DNA of 64,000 nt from an uncultured Ruminococcus sp. (lineage in GTDB: Bacteria; Bacillota; Clostridia; Oscillospirales; CAG-382). The notes under the pieces were generated by a model that was not told the DNA's origin, did not search any database, and worked only from the letters and a program-made list of their open reading frames with translations. The stretch covers positions 512 to 64,511 of the forward strand of contig CAZHBX010000006.1 of assembly GCA_964530795.1 (NCBI GenBank), read 5' to 3'. Positions within the stretch are counted from its first letter, which is position 1. Each line of letters opens with the position of its first letter. This document shows, one piece after another, positions 1 to 7,709 of this stretch. Made by a program: the position numbers and the translations under genes.

Positions 1-287
1 TTGCTTTTCATATTCACGAGGGAAAAGATTGCGGTGGGGCGGGCTTTCCGAATACAGGAAGCCACTATAATCCCTACGGAAAGGAACACCCAAATCACGC
101 GGGAGACCTTCCGCCGCTGCTGTCAGCAAACGGAAGGGCAAACCTTGCGGTCATAACAAACCGTTTTGCGGTACGGGATGTCATAGGCAGGACGGTCGTG
201 GTCCACAGTAACCCGGATGATTTCAAAACACAGCCATCCGGAAACGCCGGAACCAAAATTGCCTGCGGAATTATCCGCAGAGGGTAA
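1..287 (+). CDS. sodC: Cu/Zn superoxide dismutase, C-terminal part (5' end lies outside the window)
   Basis: The frame starting at nt 3 reads AFHIHEGKDCG..GSHYNP..HAGDLPPL..GRTVVVHSNPDD..GNAGTKIACGII. This is the His-ligand pattern and C-terminal GNAG.R.ACG motif of SodC. Stop TAA at 285-287. Confidence 0.85.
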   Translation, partial: AFHIHEGKDCGGAGFPNTGSHYNPYGKEHPNHAGDLPPLLSANGRANLAVITNRFAVRDVIGRTVVVHSNPDDFKTQPSGNAGTKIACGIIRRG

Positions 288-373
288 GGCGAAAGAATAT
301 CACTATGCGTTATCCCCGCTTTTGTCGGTGCTATTCAGAAGACAGTGCGGGGAACTTTTTTCTCACTTTTCCC

Positions 374-402
374 TTGCATTTTTGCCAAACGTGTGCTATA
401 CT
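374..402 (+). promoter_or_regulatory. sigma-A-type promoter (TTGCAT-17 nt-TATACT, TGn-extended -10)
   Basis: Hexamers read directly at 374-379 and 397-402. The promoter lies inside ORF 305..1138, which argues that the real start is downstream. Confidence 0.5.
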
Positions 403-445
403 TTTCCCAAAGAATGGCAATTTTCGACGAAAGAATGGGGAAAGC

Positions 446-1138
446 GTGCGCAAAAGCATCTGGATCGAACCTGCAGTACGTCCGAAAGAAGACGCTTTTT
501 CCTTTGTGCAGACCCTGTTCCGCGACGGGGAGGATTGTGTCTTCCGGCAATGGCTGTCCCGCTTCTACTTCTTCTGCCCGTTGACGCTGCTCGCCGCACT
601 CGCGTATTTCTCGCTGTTTATCATTCCGTTTCTTCTTCCGCTCGTCTGGCGGGTCCCGATACTGTTCTGGCTTTCCTGGGGCGGCATTTTCGTGGTAAGA
701 GCTTTCCTGCTCCGCTCGGCGTGCGCCAATCTGCTCGTCGTATCGCAGAAAGCCGTCTACCTTTACTTCCGCTGCCAGTCGGAACGGGTTGACAGATTTC
801 GCTGGGAGAACGTGCGGAAGGTTCGGTTTCATCCGTGGCGGTTTTTTCCGTCCTTTGCGACAGTCACGCTTTACCGAAGCGGACATCCTTTCCGTAGGTT
901 CTCCCCGTTTCGGGCTTACCGCCGAAAGCAAGCTCTGCGCGAGCGACCGGAAACCGTCGATTTTCAGGAGTTCTCCCTGACCGAACCGTACTCGCTCCGT
1001 TTTGTCGTCCGCGCGCACGGCGAACTGTATGAGCGTTGCAGAATGCTGCAAATGGCGGAAGGGTATTTCTTTTCCCTTTCCCGAAAGGAGCGCCGCCGTG
1101 CAAAGCGGCGAACGAGTTCGGTCCGAACCACGGAATAA
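446..1138 (+). CDS. hypothetical membrane protein (two adjacent TM helices followed by a basic soluble domain, YcxB/bPH-like architecture); start uncertain
   Basis: This is the frame of ORF 305..1138. The hydrophobic pair is FFCPLTLLAALAYFSLFIIPFLLPLVW / ILFWLSWGGIFVVRAFLL. GTG at 446 follows GGGGAAAG and lies downstream of the predicted promoter. I recognise no diagnostic motif. Confidence 0.4.
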   Translation: MRKSIWIEPAVRPKEDAFSFVQTLFRDGEDCVFRQWLSRFYFFCPLTLLAALAYFSLFIIPFLLPLVWRVPILFWLSWGGIFVVRAFLLRSACANLLVVSQKAVYLYFRCQSERVDRFRWENVRKVRFHPWRFFPSFATVTLYRSGHPFRRFSPFRAYRRKQALRERPETVDFQEFSLTEPYSLRFVVRAHGELYERCRMLQMAEGYFFSLSRKERRRAKRRTSSVRTTE

Positions 1139-1202
1139 GAACTTCCTGCACGGCTGAAACTCATCGGGAAAGCATTCACCCCGGTGTTTCCTCCTTCATA
1201 GA

Positions 1203-1217
1203 ATGATACTGTATCAT
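1203..1217. repeat. 7-1-7 perfect palindrome ATGATAC-T-GTATCAT just upstream of the DUF11 gene RBS
   Basis: Read directly. It sits 20 nt upstream of ATG 1237 and could be an operator or a coincidence. Confidence 0.3.
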
Positions 1218-1236
1218 CCGATTGGGAGGAACAACC

Positions 1237-2091
1237 ATGGCACTTTTCACCAATCAGGCAAAACTCTCCTACGATGCGACGACCCTGCAATCCAATCTCG
1301 CCATTGGCGAGGTGCGCCCCGCCCTGACGATTAGCAAAACCGCTTTGAGTGGCGACTACCGCATCGGCGGCACAGTGGTGTATTTGGTAACCGTCGCGAA
1401 CGAGGGAGAGAGTGACCTTTCCGGGTTGACTTTGACGGATTCGCTGGGCGCTTACGCGTTTGGGCAGGGGATACTCTATCCGCTGACCTACCAGACCGAT
1501 TCTGCGATGCTTTGGGACCGCGGGGTTCTGCAACCTGCGCCAACGGTTTCCGGGGTTCGCCCGCTGACCGTAACGGAGCTGACTGTTCCCGCCGGCGGGA
1601 TCCTGCAACTTGTCTACCGTGCGACGGTCAACTCGTATGCTCCGCCCGCCTCGGGCGGAAAAATCCTCAACACCGTCTCCCTCACGGGCGCTTCCCTCAC
1701 GCAAACGCTGTCGGCGAGCGAAACGGTTTCGGTCGCGTCCGAACCGGTGCTCGCCATCGCGAAATCGATTATCCCGGTTCCCGTTTTAGAGAACGGCAGG
1801 CTGACCTATACGTTCGTCCTGCTCAACACCGGCCCCACCGACGCGGATGCGGGGGAACGCGTCACGATCAACGACCTGTTTTCCCCGATTCTGCACGACG
1901 TCACGGTCACGCTCGACGGCGAAGCGCTTTCCGCCCCGTCGCAGTACACCTATAACGAAGCGACCGGGCTTTTCCAAACGGTTCCCGGGCAGATTACCGT
2001 ACCCGCCGCGACCGCCCTGCAGAACACGCGGACCGGCGAATGGTCGGTCACACCCGGCAGCGTGACGCTGCAAGTGAGCGGAAGAATCTGA
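1237..2091 (+). CDS. DUF11 / 'conserved repeat domain' protein with no recognisable signal peptide
   Basis: GGGAGG RBS lies 7 nt before ATG 1237 (MALFTNQAKLSY..). There are two beta-rich repeats of the DUF11 type (..YLVTVANEGESDLSGLTLTDSL.. and ..YTFVLLNTGPTDADAGERVTINDLF..). Confidence 0.6.
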   Translation: MALFTNQAKLSYDATTLQSNLAIGEVRPALTISKTALSGDYRIGGTVVYLVTVANEGESDLSGLTLTDSLGAYAFGQGILYPLTYQTDSAMLWDRGVLQPAPTVSGVRPLTVTELTVPAGGILQLVYRATVNSYAPPASGGKILNTVSLTGASLTQTLSASETVSVASEPVLAIAKSIIPVPVLENGRLTYTFVLLNTGPTDADAGERVTINDLFSPILHDVTVTLDGEALSAPSQYTYNEATGLFQTVPGQITVPAATALQNTRTGEWSVTPGSVTLQVSGRI

Positions 2092-2103
2092 TTTTTCCGT
2101 GTT

Positions 2104-2145
2104 CCCGCCCTTTCCGCACCCCGGAAAAGGCGGGGTTTTTCTTTT
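2104..2145 (+). terminator. Rho-independent terminator after the DUF11 gene
   Basis: A 13-bp GC-rich stem (CCCGCCCTTTCCG / CGGAAAAGGCGGG, one mismatch), loop CACCC, followed by TTTTTCTTTT. Confidence 0.75.
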
Positions 2146-2154
2146 GGGAAAGGG

Positions 2155-2183
2155 TTGCTTTTTCGCGTCCGGTGTGGTATGAT
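2155..2183 (+). promoter_or_regulatory. strong sigma-A-type promoter (TTGCTT-17-TATGAT, TGn-extended), about 200 nt upstream of dapA
   Basis: Hexamers at 2155-2160 and 2178-2183 read directly. The transcript would include hairpins at about 2199-2226 and 2260-2286. Confidence 0.5.
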
Positions 2184-2294
2184 GGAACAGAAGTGGGGGA
2201 AACACGAACGTTTCGCCCCCTGCACACTTGCGCGGACACGTCATATTCTGAAAGCGGGACACGCAGTTTTTATGGATTTGCGTGTAAAAAAGAT

Positions 2295-2323
2295 TTGACT
2301 TTTTCGATAAATCATGGTAGTAT
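2295..2323 (+). promoter_or_regulatory. proximal dap operon promoter (TTGACT-17-TAGTAT)
   Basis: Hexamers at 2295-2300 and 2318-2323, about 60 nt upstream of the dapA ATG. Confidence 0.5.
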
Positions 2324-2383
2324 ATGGTAAGATTGGTCAAATAAATGCATTTTTGATTCGTATTTCAAAGGAATGAGTAAGAG

Positions 2384-3274
2384 ATGACACAGAAAAAGAA
2401 GGTTTTCACCGGTGCGGGGGTCGCACTGATCACACCGTTCCGGGACGGGGAAGTCGATTATCCCGCTTTGGAACGCATTCTTGAACAGCAGATCTCGGGC
2501 GGCACCGACGCTATCATCGTCTGCGGGACCACCGCCGAGGCTGCGACGCTGACCGATAAGGAACACAAAGAGATTATCTCCTTCAGCGTCGAAAAGGTCA
2601 ACCACCGTGTCCCGGTCATTGCCGGGGCGGGATCAAACCACACCGACTACGCCATCGAGCTAACTCGCTTCTCGAAGGATGCCGGGGCGGACGCGGTGCT
2701 GCTGGTCACGCCGTACTATAATAAGGCGAGTCAAAAGAGCCTCGTGCGGCACTTTCAGATGATCGCCGACGCGGCGGACATCCCCAATATTCTTTACAAC
2801 GTCCCGTCCCGGACGGGGCTGAATATCTCCGTCAACGCCTATCGGGAGCTATCCAAGCACCCGAACATCGTCGCGACAAAAGAGGCAAGCGGCAACCTGT
2901 CCGCTATCATGCAGGTTTTGGAAACCTGTGGGGACGACCTCGCGATCTACAGCGGCAACGACGACCAGATCGTTCCACTCATGGCGATGGGCGCGCTGGG
3001 TGTGATCTCCGTGCTTTCAAACGTCATGCCGCGGGAGACGCACGACCTGACGCAGCTCTGCCTCGATGGAAACTTCCGGGAAGCGGCGAAGCGACAGTTA
3101 CAGTACCTCCCGCTGATCAACGGGCTGTTCATGCAGGTCAACCCGATCCCGGTCAAGGCCGCGATGGCGCAGATGGGCTACTGCACCGGGGAGATGCGCA
3201 TGCCGCTTTGCGAAATGGACGACGCGGACAACGAAAAACTCTTTTCGCTCATGCGGGACGCCGGGTTGCTTTGA
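2384..3274 (+). CDS. dapA: 4-hydroxy-tetrahydrodipicolinate synthase
   Basis: GVALITPF..VCGTTAEAATLT..YNVPSRTG..ATKEASGN (catalytic Lys context). 296 aa, typical DapA length. Confidence 0.95.
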   Translation: MTQKKKVFTGAGVALITPFRDGEVDYPALERILEQQISGGTDAIIVCGTTAEAATLTDKEHKEIISFSVEKVNHRVPVIAGAGSNHTDYAIELTRFSKDAGADAVLLVTPYYNKASQKSLVRHFQMIADAADIPNILYNVPSRTGLNISVNAYRELSKHPNIVATKEASGNLSAIMQVLETCGDDLAIYSGNDDQIVPLMAMGALGVISVLSNVMPRETHDLTQLCLDGNFREAAKRQLQYLPLINGLFMQVNPIPVKAAMAQMGYCTGEMRMPLCEMDDADNEKLFSLMRDAGLL

Positions 3275-3309
3275 AACCGGCGTGACGTGCAAAAGAAAGG
3301 ATGAAAAAC

Positions 3310-4083
3310 ATGATGGATCTAATTCTTAACGGCGCCTGCGGCAGGATGGGTCGGGCGGTCGCGGAGGCTGCGGCTTCCGCCGGCGTCCGCATCGTCGCGG
3401 GCGTCGACCCTTTTGAAAAGCCCTGTGATTTCCCGCTGTATCGCTCGCTCGACGACGTGACCGAATGCGCGGACGTTCTAGTGGATTTCACGGTACATAC
3501 TTCCACCCCTGATCTGCTGCGATTCGCGGAACGAACCGGAACCCCGATGGTCATCGCGACGACCGGGCATACGCCAGAGGAGCTCGACGCTTTACATCGT
3601 GCTTCCGAGCGGTGCGCCGTGCTGCATTCCGGAAATATGTCGCTCGGGGTTCATCTTCTCATTTTGCTCTGCCGTCAGGCGGCTGCCGTCCTCGGTGGGA
3701 AAGCAGACGTCGAAATCATTGAAAAGCACCACAACCAAAAGCTCGACGCCCCGAGCGGCACGGCGTTGATGATCGCCCACGCGATCCGCGATTTTTTCCC
3801 GGAGGAAACCGAGCTGGTGTTCGACCGAACCGGCCGGAGAATCGCCCGCCCGAAGGCGGAAATCGGCGTCAGCTCCATTCGCGGCGGGAACATCGTCGGG
3901 GAGCACGAGGTTCTGTTCTGCTGCGGTGACGAGGTAGTTTCCATCAAGCACACAGCCATCGGGCGGAGCCTGTTCGCGCAGGGGGCGCTCCGCGCGGCGG
4001 AATTCCTCAAAGGGAAGCAGAGCGGCTTTTATACGATGGAGGACCTGCTGCGGGAAGCGCTGCAAGCCCCTGCGAAGGCATAG
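3310..4083 (+). CDS. dapB: 4-hydroxy-tetrahydrodipicolinate reductase
   Basis: NGACGRMGRAV Rossmann motif and EIIEKHHNQKLDAPSGTAL signature. ORF opens at 3301, but the GAAAGG RBS abuts it, so ATG 3310 is preferred. Confidence 0.92.
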   Translation: MMDLILNGACGRMGRAVAEAAASAGVRIVAGVDPFEKPCDFPLYRSLDDVTECADVLVDFTVHTSTPDLLRFAERTGTPMVIATTGHTPEELDALHRASERCAVLHSGNMSLGVHLLILLCRQAAAVLGGKADVEIIEKHHNQKLDAPSGTALMIAHAIRDFFPEETELVFDRTGRRIARPKAEIGVSSIRGGNIVGEHEVLFCCGDEVVSIKHTAIGRSLFAQGALRAAEFLKGKQSGFYTMEDLLREALQAPAKA

Positions 4084-4093
4084 GAGAGAGCAG

Positions 4094-4945
4094 ATGGAGC
4101 TTCGGTTTACCAAAATGCACGGCTGCGGGAACGATTACGTCTATTTTTCCGAGTTCTCACAGATTTTGCCGGACCGCGCGACGCTCGCCCGCCGGGTCTC
4201 CGACCGTCGGTTCGGCGTCGGCGGAGACGGGGCAATCTTCATCGGTCCTTCCGACTGTGCGGACGCAAAGATGCGCATTTTCAACGCCGACGGAAGCGAA
4301 GCGCAGATGTGCGGCAACGGCATCCGCTGCGTCGCGAAATTCCTGTACGACGAGGGAATCGCCCGGAAAGAAGTCCTGCGGATCGAGACCCTTTCCGGGG
4401 TGAAGGACGTCCGCTTGCAGTTCGCGAATGACGAAGTCGTTGGGGCGCAGGTGGAAATGGGACAAGCGGTCCTTGAGCCGTTGAAGATCCCGGTTCTGCT
4501 CGACGGCCCGTCGGTCATCGACCGTTCGGTGGAAGTCGGCGGGACGACGTACCGCATCACCTGCGTCAGCATGGGTAACCCGCACTGCGTGGTGTTCGTC
4601 GACGATCCGTCGGCGTTGCCGCTTGCGCAGATCGGCCCAGCGCTGGAGCATGCGCCGTTTTTCCCGGAACGCGTCAATGCGGAATTCGTGCGGGCGGTCG
4701 ATCGGACGCACCTGCGCATGCGGGTCTGGGAGCGAGGGAGCGGAGAAACCCTCGCCTGCGGGACCGGTGCCTGTGCCTCCGTCGTCGCCGCGGCGGAAAA
4801 CGGCTATTGCCCGAAAGGGGAGCCGGTCACCGTCTCTTTGCTCGGCGGGGAATTGCGGATCACCTATACCGACGAGCAGGTTCGGATGCAGGGGCCGGCC
4901 GTGACGGTTTATCGCGGGATTTACCCATTCAACGAAACGAAATGA
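4094..4945 (+). CDS. dapF: diaminopimelate epimerase
   Basis: FTKMHGCGNDYVY, MCGNGIRC and the second catalytic Cys in ETLACGTGA. AGGAGAG RBS. Confidence 0.95.
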   Translation: MELRFTKMHGCGNDYVYFSEFSQILPDRATLARRVSDRRFGVGGDGAIFIGPSDCADAKMRIFNADGSEAQMCGNGIRCVAKFLYDEGIARKEVLRIETLSGVKDVRLQFANDEVVGAQVEMGQAVLEPLKIPVLLDGPSVIDRSVEVGGTTYRITCVSMGNPHCVVFVDDPSALPLAQIGPALEHAPFFPERVNAEFVRAVDRTHLRMRVWERGSGETLACGTGACASVVAAAENGYCPKGEPVTVSLLGGELRITYTDEQVRMQGPAVTVYRGIYPFNETK

Positions 4946-4952
4946 GGAACCT

Positions 4953-6131
4953 ATGAAAATTAACGGAAACTTTAAGAATTTGCAGGACAATTACCTGTTC
5001 GCCACAATCGCGAACCGCCTCAACAGCTACCTCGCCGCTCACCCGGACGCCACGATCATCAAGATGGGCATCGGCGACGTCACCCTCCCGTTACCGCAAG
5101 TCTGTGTTGACGCAATGGTAAAAGCGAGCCGGGAAATGGGGGTCAAGGAGACCTTCAAAGGCTACGGCGACTACCCGGGCTACCCGTTTCTGCGGGAAGC
5201 CGTGCGGGGATATTACCGCTCCTTCGGTGTGGAGCTGAGGCCGAACGACGTGTTCATCTCCGACGGGGCGAAGAACGACGTAGCAAACCTGCTCGACCTG
5301 TTCGCGCAGGAGAACACCGTACTCGTGCCGGACCCTGTCTATCCGGTGTACGTCGATACGAACGTCATGGCGGGGCGGAAGGTGGTCTATATCGACGGCA
5401 ACGCCGGAAACAGCTTCACGCCCGCACCGGACACGTCCATCGACGCGGACCTGATCTACATCTGCTCGCCGAACAACCCGACCGGCGCGGTCTACACCCG
5501 GGACGGTCTGAAGGCGTGGGTGGATTACGCCAACGAGCGGCAGGCACTCATCCTGTTTGATGCCGCCTATGAGGCGTTTATCGAGAATCCCGATTGCCCG
5601 CATTCCATTTTTGAAATCAAGGGTGCGCGGACCTGCGCAATTGAAATCTGTTCGCTTTCCAAGACAGCTGGCTTTACGGGCGTCCGTTGCGGCTACACGG
5701 TCATCCCCGAGGAACTCGAGCGAGACGGCGAATGCCTCAACCGCCTCTGGCTGCGCCGACAATCCACCAAGCACAACGGAGTTTCCTACATCATCCAGCA
5801 GGGCGCTGCGGCGGTCTTCACGCCGGAAGGACTCGCGCAATGCCGGAAAAATATCGCCTACTATAAGGAAAACACCCGCCTGCTCGCGGGCGTGCTGGAG
5901 GAAAAGGGGATCTTCTACACAGGTGGAAAGAACTCGCCCTATGTCTGGATGCAGGCCCCGGGCGGGAAGAAGAGCTGGGACTTCTTCGACGGACTGTTGG
6001 AAAAACTTCAAATCGTCGGCACGCCGGGCAGCGGATTCGGCAGAAACGGGGAAGGGTACTTCCGTCTGACCGGGTTTGGCAGCCGGGAAAACACCGAAAT
6101 CGCCGTGGAGCGGCTTCGTAAAGGCCTCTAA
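4953..6131 (+). CDS. dapL: LL-diaminopimelate aminotransferase
   Basis: The N-terminus MKINGNFKNLQDNYLFATIANRLN..IIKMGIGDVTLPL is characteristic of DapL. PLP-Lys context is CSLSKTAGFTG. Confidence 0.88.
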   Translation: MKINGNFKNLQDNYLFATIANRLNSYLAAHPDATIIKMGIGDVTLPLPQVCVDAMVKASREMGVKETFKGYGDYPGYPFLREAVRGYYRSFGVELRPNDVFISDGAKNDVANLLDLFAQENTVLVPDPVYPVYVDTNVMAGRKVVYIDGNAGNSFTPAPDTSIDADLIYICSPNNPTGAVYTRDGLKAWVDYANERQALILFDAAYEAFIENPDCPHSIFEIKGARTCAIEICSLSKTAGFTGVRCGYTVIPEELERDGECLNRLWLRRQSTKHNGVSYIIQQGAAAVFTPEGLAQCRKNIAYYKENTRLLAGVLEEKGIFYTGGKNSPYVWMQAPGGKKSWDFFDGLLEKLQIVGTPGSGFGRNGEGYFRLTGFGSRENTEIAVERLRKGL

Positions 6132-6249
6132 TTTGCATCCTCGAAGAAAATTTATTGCAAAATCCGCCATACAAGAATTAGTTTATATGGATTAATTTGT
6201 CTTATTCTTAATAAAATGAAAGTTCTGAAATTTTTCCATTCATTTTTCG

Positions 6250-6278
6250 TTGACAGCGGCGTGCCGTTGTGTTATACT
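6250..6278 (+). promoter_or_regulatory. sigma-A-type promoter of the citrate synthase-aconitase-icd operon (TTGACA-17-TATACT)
   Basis: Hexamers at 6250-6255 and 6273-6278. This places the TSS near 6285, which excludes ORF start 6269. Confidence 0.6.
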
Positions 6279-6313
6279 GTTTCTATCAGAATACGGAAAG
6301 GAATGGAATTCCG

Positions 6314-7687
6314 ATGACGGATCAAAATACGGACCAGAAAATGAACCTGCAAACGCTCTTCTGCAAGATGCGCAAGAATGAGCCGTTTGACGAGTCCCTC
6401 TATACCAAATACGGCGTGCGCCGCGGGCTGCGCAATCAGGACGGCTCCGGCGTTGTCGCCGGTATCACGCGCATTAGCAACGTGCACGGCTATATCATCA
6501 ACGAGTATGAACGCGTCCCGTGTGAGGGTGAACTGCGCTACCGTGGGATCGACGTGCGGGACATTGTAGACGGATGCCTGCGGGACGATCGGTTCGGGTT
6601 TGAGGAGACGGTCTGGCTGCTGCTGTTCGGCTATCTTCCGGCGCAGCAGGAGATCGTCGCCTTTCATTCGCTCATGGAGGAGTACCAGGTGCTTCCGCAT
6701 GACTTCATTGAGGACATGATCCTCAAGGCGGCAAGCCCAAACATCATGAACAAGATGGCCCGGAGTGTACTTGCTCTATACAGTTACGACGACAACCCGG
6801 ACGACCTTTCGATGGAGAACGTCCTGCGGCAGTCGCTTTCGATCATTGCCCGCCTTCCAAGCATTATGACGGCCGGGTATCAGGCAAAGAAGCACATCTA
6901 CGACACGCAGGATTATTTTATCTATGCCCCGCTGCACGGGTTAAGCACGGCGGAAAACATCCTGTCCATGCTCCGCGTCGACCGCGCGTACACCCGCGAG
7001 GAAGCGCTGCTACTGGACAAATGCCTGATTTTACACGCCGAACACGGCGGTGGGAACAACTCGACGTTCTCCGTCCGATTGCTTACCTCCTCCCGGACGG
7101 ACACCTATTCGGCGCTCGCGGCGGGCATCGGCTCGCTAAAAGGTTCATGGCACGGCGGGGCAAACATCAGCGTCAACAAGATGCTTGACGAAATTCGGGC
7201 GAACGTCCGCGATCCACACGACGACGAGGAGATCAGCGCGTATCTGCTCAAAATCTTTCATAAGGAGGCCGGCGACGGCAGCGGGAGGATCTACGGCATG
7301 GGGCATGCGGTCTATACGATGAGCGACCCGCGTGCGAAGATTCTTAAGGCGGAGGCCGGAAAAATGGCGGAGAAACGGGGGTTCGGGGAAGATTTCCTGC
7401 TGCTCGACGCGATCGAGCGGCTCGCCCCAGCGGTCCTCGCATCCAAACGGAACAAGGACACGGTCTGCGCGAACGTGGACCTGTATTCTGGTCTGGTGTA
7501 TCGGATGCTGCACATTCCGCCGGAACTGTTCACCCCGCTGTTCGCGGTGTCCCGCTCGGCCGGGTGGTGCGCGCACCGGATGGAAGAGCTGGCGACCTGC
7601 CACAGGATTATCCGCCCCGCCTACCGCGCCAACCTCGACCAGCTTCCGTACGTGCCGCTCGCAGAGCGAAAGGAAAGAATATATTGA
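6314..7687 (+). CDS. gltA: citrate synthase (Si-type, GltA family)
   Basis: HAEHGGGNNSTF, GMGHAVYTMSDPRA and VDLYSG motifs. ATG 6314 was chosen because it lies downstream of the promoter and of GGAAAGGAA. Confidence 0.9.
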   Translation: MTDQNTDQKMNLQTLFCKMRKNEPFDESLYTKYGVRRGLRNQDGSGVVAGITRISNVHGYIINEYERVPCEGELRYRGIDVRDIVDGCLRDDRFGFEETVWLLLFGYLPAQQEIVAFHSLMEEYQVLPHDFIEDMILKAASPNIMNKMARSVLALYSYDDNPDDLSMENVLRQSLSIIARLPSIMTAGYQAKKHIYDTQDYFIYAPLHGLSTAENILSMLRVDRAYTREEALLLDKCLILHAEHGGGNNSTFSVRLLTSSRTDTYSALAAGIGSLKGSWHGGANISVNKMLDEIRANVRDPHDDEEISAYLLKIFHKEAGDGSGRIYGMGHAVYTMSDPRAKILKAEAGKMAEKRGFGEDFLLLDAIERLAPAVLASKRNKDTVCANVDLYSGLVYRMLHIPPELFTPLFAVSRSAGWCAHRMEELATCHRIIRPAYRANLDQLPYVPLAERKERIY

Positions 7688-7709
7688 ACGACAGAAAGGA
7701 TTTTTGACG

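Noticed and set aside
217-1051. Alternative ORFs 217..792 (+), 335..1051 (-) and 345..584 (+) overlapping the first hypothetical gene.
   Set aside because: Only the 305/446..1138 frame gives a coherent TM-pair plus soluble-domain protein and is compatible with the promoter at 374-402. The others are Arg/Pro-rich off-frame products.
2155-2383. A lysine (L-box) riboswitch upstream of dapA.
   Set aside because: The conserved L-box core elements are not visible on either strand. The region is reported only as an unassigned structured region.
7332-7709. A 126-codon N-terminal extension of the aconitase ORF that overlaps the 3' end of citrate synthase.
   Set aside because: It is Arg/Ser/Pro-rich nonsense typical of an off-frame read of a GC-rich gene. 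A proper RBS plus ATG sits at 7710, and the aconitase homology begins there.
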